Notes: a model not told the origin generated them from the sequence alone. Numbered from the stretch's first letter, positions 38,428 through 51,173 are shown. The stretch: DNA of 64,000 nt from Azolla caroliniana (GCA_043228905.1 JBHGNT010000010.1:12152001-12216000), one strand, 5' to 3'. Made by a program: numbers and translations.

Positions 38428-40860
38428 TGCAGAAAGAAAACCTCCACTGCATGGAGGCCTTCTCATTTCGCGAATAGAGAATTGCAAACACACACAGGTG
38501 ATTAAGGATAATCAGACGCGAGCACCCAAAGCCCACTAACGCACCTACCTCACCAGCACCCACCGACTCAGAAGTAGAAATGGACTGCATGGTGCTTTCT
38601 GAGGCAGCCAAGAAGTGGTTGAGGCAACATGGATTGGAAGGATTCTTGAGGATCATGGAGGCACCACCACACAGAGAGGCGGAAAATGTTGTCAAAGACA
38701 TCGACATAGAAGTAATCACAAAGGAGGCAATCTGTGCCCTGATGGGCCTACCCGAAGGCGGCATCTTCACCATTGACAACCCTACCCCGTAGCAGCTCAC
38801 GAATACTTCGGTGAGTACTCTCTGGCCAGCAAGGCATATCGCACACATGGCGACTAGGATGGCTTATTCCGAGAGATTGCTCGTGTACTCCACGAGTTTG
38901 GCCATGTGTACCCTCAACCCCCGGCAATGCCTAGGAACAAAGCCGGTTTAATTATAGCCACATATGAGCCAGAACAACCAACTAGAGCCGGAACTGCCAA
39001 GTGGTAACCAACCGGAGCTAGAGTTGCCAATCGACGTAACCAGACAAGATCAGCCACTGGCAAGCGCAGAAATCGGTGAACCCTCCATGCGGACACAACA
39101 ACAAGGCACCGGCAGCCAATGGCTACGGTGGATCGGTGAGCAAATAGCCGGAGTGGTCCATTATGTGGAGGCAGAAGGGAAAGCACAATTGGACCGGTTG
39201 CTAGCCACAATCGGAGAACTAGAGAAGGCTCGGTCAAGGATCCGGAGCTTGGAACAAGAATTGGAAATAGCCACGGGAGAATTGGCTAAGATGGTCATAA
39301 CAGGACCCTAGGAACAAGAACCGGTGGCTCCGGTACATGTACAGAATAATGAAACACCGACAACTATACATAATAATACGAGCCCGGTGATGGAAACAAT
39401 CCCGGATACAATTACAGCGCAAGCACAAGAGTTTGTAGTTCTCAAAGAAGACCTGGCCGCACAAGAAGCATTATAGGCTAGGGAAAGAGAATTAAAAATG
39501 GCGGCGGAGGAGGAACAACGGAAGACTACCGACAACCTCTGCCGAGTAGAAGAAAGCCTATGGAAGGGACACCAAGCCTATGACCGGCTTAAGGAAGAGT
39601 AAGAAAAATTGCTGCAAAAAAGGATAAACTCCGAAGGATGGCGGAAACAGAGATAGAGAGGCTTAAAGAAGAGCTTCGGTAGCAAAAGGATAGGGAAGAC
39701 CGATCTCGCCACCAAATCAATTTGAAGCTGAAGCACAAAATAGATGATATTGACCGCCAGCACGGGGATTATAAACATGTCGAGACGGAATACAAGAAGC
39801 TCATCATCGACAGCGACCAACAGTAGGAGAAGATGTTCAAGCTCCAAAACGAACTGCAACGGGCGGAGACGACACTAGCGGAAGAACGGGCTGAGAAGGC
39901 AAACATACGAACTGAAGTGGCACAGGAACGTCTGGAACTCCAGATGCAACATCATGCGGATATGGAACACGCCACCATGGTCTTACAAAGAGTGCAGACA
40001 ACCTATTAGAATCAACTGGTGCGCTACAAGGACCAGGACGTGGTAACTACAAACCTGATCAACCAGTTGAAAGATGAACGGCAGGCCATAGAAGACAAAT
40101 CAAAGATGGGGCTGGAGTGGATCCGGTGCATTGTACAAGCATGAAAAATCAAACGAAGCGCTTGATTGAAGACAACTCAGTATTATGGTGGTCGAAATGG
40201 GCGAAGCATGCTGTCGAGCTACAGTTGCTGAGGGCGGACGTAGAAAACCGGCAAAGGGAAGGAGATGAGTTCTATAAGTTGGAAAAGGAATACTTTGCAA
40301 CCGTGAAAGATGAATTGGCAGATGACTTCGTACCGTTGGTTGATGAACAGATAACAGTGGTTCGACAACTAGTGGCACAACTGGACGATGATCGGCTGGA
40401 TAACCAAATCCGGTTTGAAAGTTACGAAAAGGAGAGGCTACAGCAAGAGGCGACGAAGAGCACGACAACAATCAATCTCAGTGATGAAGAGCCATCGTTA
40501 GAGCAAAGGACGGACAGAGGCAAGGCTGGGACAAGCCAACCGGATTTAACTCAAGAGGAGCAGCCAAGGGAGGAATATCCGCAACAACCGCCGGCACCGA
40601 GAACCGAACAATAGCTATCGGAGGAGCAACGCCCAGAAGAGCAAGAGACCACGCAACAACAACAACCAACGGAGCAGGAGCAGGAGCAACAACAACAGCC
40701 AATGGAGCAGCAACCGAAGCAACGGCCACAGCCAACTGAGCAGCAACAGCAACAACAGTCCGATCAGCTTTCCGAAGAACCCTTAGAGCCCCTCAATCAG
40801 AGCATTCTGAACATTTTGGACCAGGATTTAAGGCCGGATAGTGGGATTCGACGTACAAGG
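38428..40860 (+). pseudogene. F accessory ORF between pol and 3' LTR (coiled-coil, Q/E-rich tail)
   Basis: Same-strand ORF pieces 38580, 38964, 40117, 40702; homologous to 2990-5554. Confidence 0.8.
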
Positions 40861-40883
40861 TACTGTCCCACGGGCGTGCCATG

Positions 40884-41342
40884 TGTTAGCCAGCCGGCAA
40901 GGAGTGGAGGACAGTCCAGAATGTGAAAGGGCAGGAATTATCGGAAGTTGTTATTAGAATATTACGTAATTAAGTATATTTTGAGAAGTGAACGGACGGA
41001 CCGGAATCGGTATGCCGATCCGGATCTGGACCGGTTCATATCAATGTGCCCGTTGGCACCATTTTGTATACAGAGCTGGTGATCTATAAAAAGGCCCGGT
41101 TACATTATAAATCACGACGCATAATTAATAAAGCTCTATTGTCTTATCTCTGCCTATTGATTATCATTCTGTGCTAATTACTTTCTATCTTATGCGTCTA
41201 TTAAGATTCATGATATGTTACTTAAGTAGTTGATAAAGGTCTGATCAATTGTTAGTCTAAGTTACCTCGCCGTAACACACTTTGGTGAAGTGTCTTCCGT
41301 ACACACCCTTTGTTAGGCTATTGTCCAGCCCTTAGAATAACA
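40884..41342 (+). repeat. 3' LTR of F
   Basis: Pairs with 31859-32318; followed by TSD TTTAT. Confidence 0.93.
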
Positions 41343-43233
41343 TTTATGATGAAGGTCGCAACAGTACGGGGGCCGGAAACCTTTTCCGAAGGCGCGAAGG
41401 ACCCGAGATGGATCGAAGCAATGAACGAGGATATGCGTGCACTATGCAAGAACGACACATGGGATATTGTTCCCCACTCACCGCACAAGAAGGCGATAGG
41501 CTCTAGATGGATCTACAAGCTGAAGTATAATGCTGATGGGTCCGTCAATCGCTACAAACCTCGACTCGTAGCGAAATGATACGCGCAAACACATGGAGTC
41601 GTCTATGAAGAGACCTTTGCCCCGGTGGCAAAGATGACGACTGTGCGGACCGTGATCGCACTTGCAGCGGCAAAAGGGTGGCACCTCCACCAAATGGACG
41701 TAAAGAACGCCTTTCTTCAAGGTGAATTGGAAGAGGAGGTGTACATGGTTCAACCACTCAGGTTCGAATCCAACATCCATCCGAAAGCTTTATGTTGACT
41801 TAAGAAGCCTCTCTACGGCCTCAAGCAAGCACCACGTGCTTGGAATTCGAAGATTACGCAATATCCTCATCAAATCGGTGGTCGAATGTCGAAATCCGAC
41901 CACTCCCTCTATGTATGAAACGAGTCTAAGAACCCAATTGTCATCATTCTATACGTGGATGATCTCATCAAAATCAACAAGGTGAAGTCCTCCACTCCAA
42001 CAAATTCAAGATGATGGACATGAAGGAGCTACACTACTTCCTAGCCATCGAGGTGATTCGGAATCTGGCCGGCATTATGATCTCTCAATGGCACTACATT
42101 CTCAACTTGTTATACAAGTTCGGGATGACGGAGTGCAAATCGATCGCTACGCCTCTCGATAGAAACCTCAAACTAGATGCCAGCTCCAGCACGAACGAGT
42201 GCGATCCGACTCAATATCGACAATTGATTTGGAGTCTCGTCTATCTAATGATCACACAACCCGACCTTAGCTATCCGGTTGGACACCTTAGCCAATTCAT
42301 GCAAACTCCACGAGATATCCATTTTGATTGTGCTAAGCGAGTATTACCATATGTGAGCGGAACAATGGATTACGACATTCTCTACAAATCGGCCACACCA
42401 ATACGACTTGAAGGATACACAAACGCGGATTGGGCTGGCTACAAAGCCGATCGACGATCGACCTCTGGATTCATCTTCTCCCTCGGCAGCAGAGCGATTT
42501 CGTGGAGTAGCAAGAAGCTGCCTACCGTCGCTCTTTCGAGTACGGAGGCGGAATACAGGGGCACAACCATAGCTGCATGTGAAGCCGTATGGATTAAGAG
42601 GATTTTGAAGGATCTGGGCGTTCCCATCAAAGATCCAACTCCCCTTTACTGCGACAACATGAGCAATATTTATTTGGCTCGGAACCCGGTGTTCCACGCA
42701 CGCACAAAGCATATCGAAGTGCACTATCACTTCATTCGAGAGCCTGTTCAGGCCGGAGATGTTGACCTTCTACACATCAACACAAATCTTCAAATGGCCG
42801 ACATCTTCACAAAAGCCCTAGGAGCCGACAAGCTTCGGCAATTTATGTTAGAACTTGGATTGATGATCCCTGACTTGCCAAGCTTGAGGGGGAGTACAAG
42901 AGAGAATCAGATATCGACCGAACTGGGTACGAGCCGAAACGGACAACGGAGATCGTCTAAACCAAATACTAGCCAAAGCGTACATCAACCGAAAGGAACC
43001 GACCCAAGTTGAGCTTGAGGCGGCGTGTTGAAAATCAAGCTCAACTTAGAGCAATGTGTGAACACACCTTTTGAGAATCTATGATTACTCAAAGGTCAAG
43101 AGTCACACCACCACTCTCTAAACATTAAACTATGTGTCATAGATTCATATTCTATGACACATAACTAATGGTTCCACATTCCCCATGACCGTAAGGCTAC
43201 ACATTCCTCAAGGCTCTAGTGAGAGAGTGAACG
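41343..43233 (+). pseudogene. pol: E RT-RNase H, second copy (begins ~31631, split by F), ending in partial LTR 43026-43233
   Basis: ORF 42011-43012 with complete RNase H; LTR start at 43026 cut after ~208 bp. Confidence 0.9.
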
Positions 43234-44494
43234 ACTCACAAGAGCCTTTGAGTGATCAAAGCACATCTCGATTGTCCGAAGTTGGACAAAGGGAAGGCCA
43301 AAATGCCGGAGTATGAAGACGCTCATTACGATGGCAACGAGTCGACTCACTCCCTCCATAGTGATTTCAAAGGCATTGACATCCAGACAAATGGAGTGAA
43401 GAAAGCCTTAGAATTTGCAAACAAGAAGCTACGCCGATCCACCTGTGAAAAGAACCCCGTAAGCCGATTCGGCTACGATGAGTATATGGCATACCATTAC
43501 GCCTTTATGATGAAGGTCGCAACAGTATGGGAGCCGGAAACCTTTTCCGAAGGCGCGAAGGACCCAAGATGGATCAAAGCAATGAACAAGGAGATGCGTG
43601 CACTATGCAAGAACGACACATGGGATATCGTTCCCCACTCACCACACAAGAAGGCGATAGGTTGCAGATGGATCTACAAGGTGAAGTATAATGCCGATGG
43701 CTCCGTCAATCGCTACAAACCTCGACTCGTAGTGAAAGGATACGCGCAAACACATGGAGTCATCTATGAAGATACTTTTGCCCCGGTGACAAAGATGATG
43801 GTTGTGCGGATTGTGATCGCACTTGCAACGGCGAAAGGGTGGCACCTCCACCAAATGGACGTAAAGAATGCCTTTCTTCAAGGTGAATTGGATGAGGAGG
43901 TGTACATGGTTCAACCACCTGGCTTCGAATCCAACATCCATCCGAAAGTTGTATGTCGATTTAAGAAGCCTCTCTACGGCCTCAAGCAAGCACCACGTTG
44001 TCGCGTTTTTACGCGTGTGCGTGGAGAAAGGCGGGACCACGGGGGTCTTGGACTAGGGAGTGATGGAGCATAGGAAGCCGCGCTTCACTCCTTTCGGGGC
44101 ACCCCAGGAGCACACCGGAAGCAACCGGAGGGAGAGAGAGAGAGAGAGCAGGCGCTTAACACTGACACTCGCACGAACATGTACATAAGCAAGAAAGAAA
44201 CACTAGGACACACACATGCACACCAACAAGGACCCGAATATGCACAACCACATGTATATGTATTTACAAGACAACGAGAATCAACACCGACTTCAAGCCT
44301 GACCTAGGCCGCACAAGATACAACCGTTGTCTACTGCCAAGCCGCCGGTCGAGGAGCTCTCGGGCTTGTCGCGCCGAACGGGGTCTTGCACAGAGTACAT
44401 GGCAGAAAACTGTAATGCTAGATGCCAAGGCTCGTCGCACAGAAGGACGAAGGAGAAGAAAAGAAAAGAGGGGAGCAAGAAGAAGAAACCCTAA

Positions 44495-44497
<3 letters not shown>

Positions 44498-44537
<40 letters not shown>

Positions 44538-44546
44538 GAGAGAGAG
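44498..44546. repeat. (GA)n microsatellite in the G LTR
   Basis: Direct inspection. Confidence 0.95.
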
Positions 44547-45499
44547 AACGTCACTCCGTCTAACGGTATACCCTACTAATACAAAATGGGCAACCCTTCT
44601 ACAAGGGACCATCCCTTCCTTTTTTAGAACAAGGAGAGGGATGCGTTACAATGTGGGATAAATCCCGATTTACATGGGATTCTTCGTCTCGACTTAACTC
44701 CTATTATTCACACAATTACACGAGGGTGCGTGCACATGGCGCACCCCGCTGATGTAGCCAAAATTTCCTAGTTTCCGCCTCTGGCCGAAATTCTTCACGA
44801 CATCCGCCCCCACCTAACTGCATGTCCACCGGTACGTGCCAAATCTGGTTGAAGGGTGAGAGATTTTGGCCGGTGAGAAACCGGTCTTCCGTAATCCGCA
44901 TCCCGACTTGCTGCCGGTTTGAACCATCGGTTGCGGTTCTCCCTTCACGCTTACCTCTTCGTAGGCTCATTCGACCCGTCGATGGGTCCTTCACCACGAT
45001 CTCCGTAGTACACGTACTTCCGCTGGCCCTTGTTCGGCCGTATGCACGCTCCGGTCTCCGCCATATGCCCGATGTCCTCCGCTTGGAGAACACCCGTAGT
45101 GGCCTGCTTGGCCTTCGTCGACCATTCGTGTTGTCCTGATTGCCGTCCCATGCTGCTTCGCGTTGCGTTCATCCTCTCGCCGCCTCCTTCTTTCTCCATG
45201 GTCTCGAACCGCCATGTCCGGAACGGTGTGGAGGACCCTTTTCTGGCCTTCTACGCGCAACCCATCTTCGCGCTCGCCTTTCCGCTCTGGCACCTCCGTG
45301 TGCTGCATACCCTCGTCCGTTGTTTGGCATTGCCTGTGCCGTACTTCGGTTCATTGCACGCCTTGTCGGCCCCTTTCCCGGCCAGATTGTGCATCGCCGC
45401 TCACCCGCATACCGGTGTCCTCCGCATCCGAGGAACACCCCGTAGTAGCCTGCTTGGCCCCTCCTGTCTTCGTGCTGCTGCAACAGGTCCTGAGTCTCC

Positions 45500-47200
45500 C
45501 GCTTGTCGTCGTCCCCTCGCCCCCACCAGCTTGTCACCCCGAGCTTGCCATGTCAATCTTCGCTACTTCGACGGAGCTCCCGAGATGTACGAAGCAAGTG
45601 TGAAGGATCCTCCTCCGGCCTCTCTTGTCATCCCCTGACTCCGACCCTATGCAGTCCACTAGGCACCTGTCACCCCGTTCCCGGCACCTCCCTTGTGCCT
45701 TCTTCCGCTTCATTTGTTTGGCACCGCCCGTGCCGAACACCGTTCAGTAGTCACGCTTCGATCCGGCCCATGATGGCCACATGCGAGACTCTTGTTTCGT
45801 CCCTAGTGTGCCTTTTCGGCCCGACACACCTCCCGTGTTTGCCCCTACTTGCTCCTTCCGAAACCGTAACTGATCGGTACGGGTTTCACACTTCGTCCGC
45901 CCCATCTTACCAGCCTTTGTCGATGTCAGGTCCCGCTCCTTGCCGCCATCTTCCTTCTCCCTCGGTCTTACGTTGACACGTTGGCCGAACAGCCGAAGTC
46001 TCCGGAACCGGTGTGAAGGTCCCATAGGACCGGTCTTCGTTTCTTTGCTTGCCGAAATTCGGGGTGACTTTGTTCGAGTCCCTGTCGGATTCTCCTCGTG
46101 TCCCCCGTGTAGTCGGGTCTCGTTTCCCACCGCCACCAACCTCTCTCGGTCTCATGTTGCCACGTTGGCCGAACAGCCGGAGCCTCTGGTTTGGTGTGGG
46201 GATCCCGTAGGACCGGACTTCCTTACGCCCACTCACCTTGCCGGAAGGTTTGAGATGGTCCATAGCTGCCTTGCCGGCCTGATACCTTCTTTCTCTGCTT
46301 CCGTCGTCCAATCATGTTCACCTGCCGCCACCAACCTCTCCTATAGGACTCATGCCGGCACTCGGGCCGACAACCGGATCGATGTGAGGATCTTCGTGGG
46401 ACTGCCCATCCGTAGTTCTTTGCCTTTGTCACCTCGCCGCCGCCGTCAGTATCTTGGTCTTATGTCGACCGCGTTGCCAACTGCCGAAGTCTCTAGATCC
46501 GGTGTGAAGGATCCTCCTTGGGCCTCCGATTTGTCTTCCCAACCCTGTCCCGGGTCGCCCTTTTCCGCATGCCGAGAGGGCGGTTTGCTCCGCACCCTCC
46601 CCCATGGTACCGACGTACCGTGTCCTCGGCCTCTTCGTAGGCCTGGTCTCTTCCTCCCTCCCGGAATGGTTATCCAAGAGTCCACTCCGCTCGGTTCTCG
46701 TTCGGGTCCGTTCGTCATTCTTCGGATTGCCGGGTCCCATTCTCCTGTCGCCACCGACCTCTCCTATAGGACTCACGCCGACACTCGAGCCGACAGCCGG
46801 ATCAGTGTGAAGATCTCCGTAGGACCGGTCTTCGTTCTCCTTTCATCCCTTGTACTTCTCCCGAACTCGTCGTTGCTCTCCTTCTCGCATACCCGCCTCC
46901 ATCTCCCATCTCTCTAGGTCTCACGCCGGCTCTCGTTGCCAGCTGCCTGAGTCTCCGGATAAGACGTGGTGTTTCCGCCCCACAATGATTTGCCGACGCT
47001 CGTTCGGGGTACCGCTCCCAAGCACGTTCGGTGAGAAGCATCTGGTCTGTGATCAACCAAGCCCCGTTTGGGCTTGGTTCTCCAATGTCCCAAGTTTCGG
47101 CTCTGATGCCGACCTCTACAGACTCGTTCCGAACCCTTGATCACTTGCCTTCCAATTCCCGACCTTCGCCCGGTCGGTCTTTCTCCCCATGTAAAAGAGG
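45500..47200 (-). repeat. Degenerate GC-rich 90-200 bp repeat modules inside G
   Basis: Recurring CCGCCACCAACCTCTC...GTGTGAAGG...TAGGACCGG blocks near 45943, 46130, 46325, 46436, 46747, 46893. Confidence 0.7.
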
Positions 47201-47236
47201 GCGGCTCGTCCCGCACCCTCTCCCATATCGGCACCT

Positions 47237-48694
47237 TCATGCCGAATCCGGCCCCGATCGAACAATCCACGACCGGATTACGCTCCACCCGTATCGGAGC
47301 ATCGCGCGGTTCGGTCCCCGATCGGGTTGTTCCCTGGTCTGTTCGTCGCCCTTTTCGCTGACCATCCCCAATCCATCTTCGCTGGCATCGTGCCAGGACT
47401 CCTCGATACCGTCATCCATCTCCTCCGTCTCACTTGGGCATAATGGCCCGAACGCCGAGTTCTCTGGAATCGGGTTCGTGGGCTTTCGTCCGCTCCTTCC
47501 CTGTATCGTCTCGCCGGTGATTCTTGGTCTCTCGCCGCCGCCTTCCTCTGCTTGGGACTCACGTGGGCACTCGTGCCCGACTGCCATCGTCTCGGGAGCA
47601 AGTGCAAGAAGGCTCAAAGAATCGCCCGTCCGGTTTACGCCCTTGTCCGCAGCCACCGGCTCTTCGTGGTCAACGGTCGTCTCCTTACCGATCGCGCAAG
47701 CCCCGTCTTGGCTTGCTTCTCCAATGACCGGGGTTTCGGGCTGACACGCCCAACACCACTGGTTCCAATGTTCTGATCCCGCGATCGGTATCTCAACCTC
47801 GTCCTTGGCCGTTCTATCTCCGCAAGTCAAGAGGGCGTTTTGTTCCGCACCCTCTCCCGTAGTACTATCGTATCGACCTTCCGCCATCGCGTGGGGCAAG
47901 TCCGTCTCCTCAGTTTCGGCTTGCGGCCTCGATCTTTCGTCTTCCTCGAGCATTGCCTTGAGAGCTGCGTACGCCTCCACAATCCTGGCCCCAACACCGA
48001 CCCTCGCCGACTCTCTTTGTCGTTCGGCCTCTTCCCGCTGTGATGGCATGCCGTCGCGCACCTTTCTCTTAGCCTTCTCAGCTCGCTCATTGTCTAGTCG
48101 TTGGCACACCCTTCCGACCTTCGACCAATCCTCTGTAAGCCCATTCTCTCCGTCGTCTTCTTCGAGCTCAATCACGATGGCCTCTCGTTCCGCTCAGTCG
48201 ATCGACCTGACGAACAATAGGACCTTGTCCACCCCCACCAAACCTTTTTCCCGCTCCGAGAGCCGAGCAAGCCGTCGCTCGAACTCTCGGAATGCCTTCG
48301 TTGCGCCCCAATGGGTCTTTGCCGATGCTACCCACTGGTCGAAGTCGTGTCGTCCCCGGCTCTTCCGCCGTCCTCCATATGCCTGTAGGAGTGCCTCTTC
48401 AAAGGCCTCCCACGAACTATGAGCTTGTCGGAGCTCCTTCACTTCCGCGTGCATACGGACAGCGACAGCCCGACAGAAGAACTCCAGCCTCAACGCTTCG
48501 TCCACATCTCGTTCCTCCATTTCCGCATTGTAGGCTTCCAAGTAAGATGGGACTTCGTCCCCATTGAAACGGCCGACTCTTTCGACCACTCGCTCAACCG
48601 CTTGTCGCGCTGCTTCTCGCCTCATCACCACTCGTGCCGACTCCAACACCACTTCGGCCACCATCACCACGAGATCATCGTCTTCCGACTCCAT
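47237..48694 (-). pseudogene. gag: Gag-like protein with long acidic extension (one in-frame stop at 48194)
   Basis: ORF 48194-48694 (GRFNGDEVPSYL...SWEAFEEALL) continues in frame as ORF 47237-48175. Confidence 0.7.
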
Positions 48695-49660
48695 CCTCCC
48701 TGGCCGGCATTCTGATCTCGCAACGGCACTACATTCTCAACTTCTTATACAAGTTCGGGATGATAGAGTGCAAATCGATCGCTACGCCTCTCGATAGAAA
48801 CCTCAAACTAGATGCCGACTCCAGCACGAACGAGTGCGATCTGACTCAATATCGACAACTGATCTGGAGTCTCATCTATCTCACGATCTCACGACCCAAC
48901 CTTAGCTATCCGGTCGGACTCCTTAGCCAATTCATGCAAACTCCGCGAGATATCCATTTTGATTGCGCTAAGGAAGTATTACGATATATGAGCGGGACAA
49001 TGGTTTACGGCATTCTCTACAAATCAGCCACACCAATACGACTCGAAGGATACACGAACGCGGATTGGGCTGGCTCCAAAGCCGATCGACGATCGACCTT
49101 TGGATTCGTTTTCTCCCTCGGCAGTGGAGCGATTTCGTGGAGTAGCAAGAAGCAGCCTACCGTCGCTCTTTCGACTACGGAGGCGGAATACATGGGCGTA
49201 TTCGTAGCTGCATGTGAAGCCGTATGGCTTAAGAGGATTTTGAAGGATCTGGGCGTTCCCATCAAAGATCCAACTCCCCTTTACTGCGACAACATGAGCA
49301 GTATTTATTGGGCTCGGAACCCGGTGTTCCACACACGCACAAAGCATATCGAAGTGCACTATCACTTCATTCGAGAGCCTATTCAGGCCAGACATGTCGA
49401 TCTTCTACACATCAACACAAATCTTCAAATGGCCGATATCTTCACGAAAGCCCCAGGAGCCGACAAGCTTCGGCAATTCATGTCAGACCTTGGATTGATG
49501 ATCCTTAACTTACCAAGCTTGAGGGGGAGTACATGCGAGAATCAGATACAGACCGAACTGGGTACAAGCCGAAACGGACAACGGAGATCGTCTAAACCGG
49601 ATACCAACCGAAGCGGACATCAACCAAAAGGATCTGACCCGAGTTGAGCTTGAGGCGGCG

Positions 49661-50107
49661 TGTTGAAAATCAAGCTCAACATAGAGCAACGTGTGAACAC
49701 ACCTTTTGAGAATATATGATCACTCAAAGGTCAAGAGTCACACCACCACTCTCTACACATTAAACTATGTGTCTTAGATTCATATTCTATGACACATAAC
49801 TAATGGTTCCACATTCCCCATGACCGTAAGGCTTCACATTCCTCAAGGCTCTAGTGAGAGAGTGAACGTTGTAGTCAGTAAATGAAGAGAGAGGGTGAAT
49901 CTATATAAAGCACCCTCCTAGTCCATATTAAGTTGGTTGTGACTCCTTGTAGCGCTATTTTTTGTATCTCATAGTCTACTTGTTAATATACATCTCCTTC
50001 TTCTTGAGTACTTCATATTGTCTCTTATCTATCTTGTGTTTCTATCCTCTCCTCTCTTCTCTCACACATCTCTTCCGTTTCACAAGAATCATATCCGATT
50101 CTTTACA
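49661..50107 (+). repeat. 3' LTR of E
   Basis: TG...CA followed by TSD TATGA. Confidence 0.92.
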
Positions 50108-50526
50108 TATGACATATGCAGGGGGAGCTGTTTCGTGGCAATCGAGGCTGCAAAAGACGGTTGCGTTGTCAACCACGGAAGCGGAGTACACGGCAGTTGT
50201 GGAAGCCGGCAAGGAAATATTATGGATGAAGGACTTTATCGAAGAGCTAGGGATCCGACAAGAGAAATACTGGCTCTACTGCGACAGTTAGAGTGCCATC
50301 CACCTTGCAAAGAATGTTGCCTATTATTCCAGGACAAAGCACATCCAGCGCAGGTGTCACTGGATTTGGGAGCGAGTAGAAGATCGGGAGTTCGCGCTGA
50401 AGAAAATCCACACGGAGGAGAACGGGTCAGATATGATGACCAAAGTGCTTACACCTAACAAGCTAGATGCATGCAGGAAGAGGATCGGATTGACGAGGCA
50501 TCCCATGCCGGAGTGAAGGGGGAGTT

Positions 50527-51168
50527 TGTTAGGATTTCCGTCCCTTCGGGATATGAGTATCCGGCAATGCAGACCTGGTGAGAACTGGATGATGAGTACC
50601 TGGCAAGGAAGACCCGGTGAGAACCAGATGATGCAAGCCTGGTGAGAAGCTCTCACCAGATGAAGGGACATATATGCAAATATGTTTCTGAGAGCCCATT
50701 GGGGCTATATTTGTAAATAGTTGTAATTTCATATTAGTATAAATACGACCTAGGGCAAACAGAGTGTAGTAGTGTATCATTGTGTTGTCATTATTTTGTA
50801 TAGAGTTATTGGTGTAACTACTGTACAGAGCGTAACAGAGGGAAAGAGAGAGAGACAAAGAGACAGAGATAGAGTGTGTCTCTGTTGTAACTACCGTCAG
50901 GCAAAGATTTAGAGCAAGAGGTTGTTGCCTCTGTGTTCCTCTGTTGTATTCTCCTTACATAGTGATAGTTGGAGCTAGTGGGATCCCGTGGTTTTTCCCG
51001 TTTAGGGTTTTCAACGTAAACATACTGTCTACTCTCTCTTGCTCATATTATTTGTGTGTACGTGCATTTACCTTCATTGCCCATTTCTTCGATGGTTATG
51101 ATTCTAACGAAGTAATTGAAGTCTTGGTTGTGGCCGAGATATATTCCGCACACGCATATTTCGTGTCA
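50527..51168 (+). repeat. 3' LTR of C
   Basis: After PPT; followed by TSD CGAAT. Confidence 0.92.
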
Positions 51169-51173
51169 CGAAT

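Larger units (their letters stand above)
31859..41342 (+). mobile_element. Full-length Athila-like (non-chromovirus) gypsy F with 3' accessory ORF
   Basis: LTRs 31859-32318 and 40884-41342; perfect TSD TTTAT; gag-PR-RT-RH-IN order; no chromodomain or additional RNase H seen. Confidence 0.94.
43999..48700 (-). mobile_element. Non-autonomous gag-only gypsy-type LTR element G; 5' LTR deleted
   Basis: 3' LTR 43999-44802 (TGTCG...CGACA); PPT GGTGGGGGCGGA 44803-44814; gag at 48694; no PR, RT or IN motifs. Confidence 0.78.
43234..49647 (+). pseudogene. pol: E RT-RNase H, third copy (43234-43998 and 48701-49647), split by G
   Basis: ORFs 43252-44073 and 48634-49647 closely match the other two copies. 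Confidence 0.88.
27221..50107 (+). mobile_element. Copia E with internally triplicated RT-RH module, hosting F and G
   Basis: LTRs 27221-27680 and 49661-50107; perfect TSD TATGA; PBS 27681-27692; extra partial LTR 43026-43233. Confidence 0.93.
22241..51168 (+). mobile_element. Copia C, hosting a solo LTR and copia E
   Basis: LTRs 22241-22851 and 50527-51168; TSD TGAAT/CGAAT; decayed PBS TAGTATCAGAGC 22855-22866; PPT GAAGGGGGAG before 50527. Confidence 0.93.

Noticed and set aside
45030-48422. Long plus-strand ORFs (45940-46917, 47031-47744, 47805-48422) as genes
   Set aside because: Antisense shadows of GC-rich G sequence, S/P/R-rich with no domain motifs
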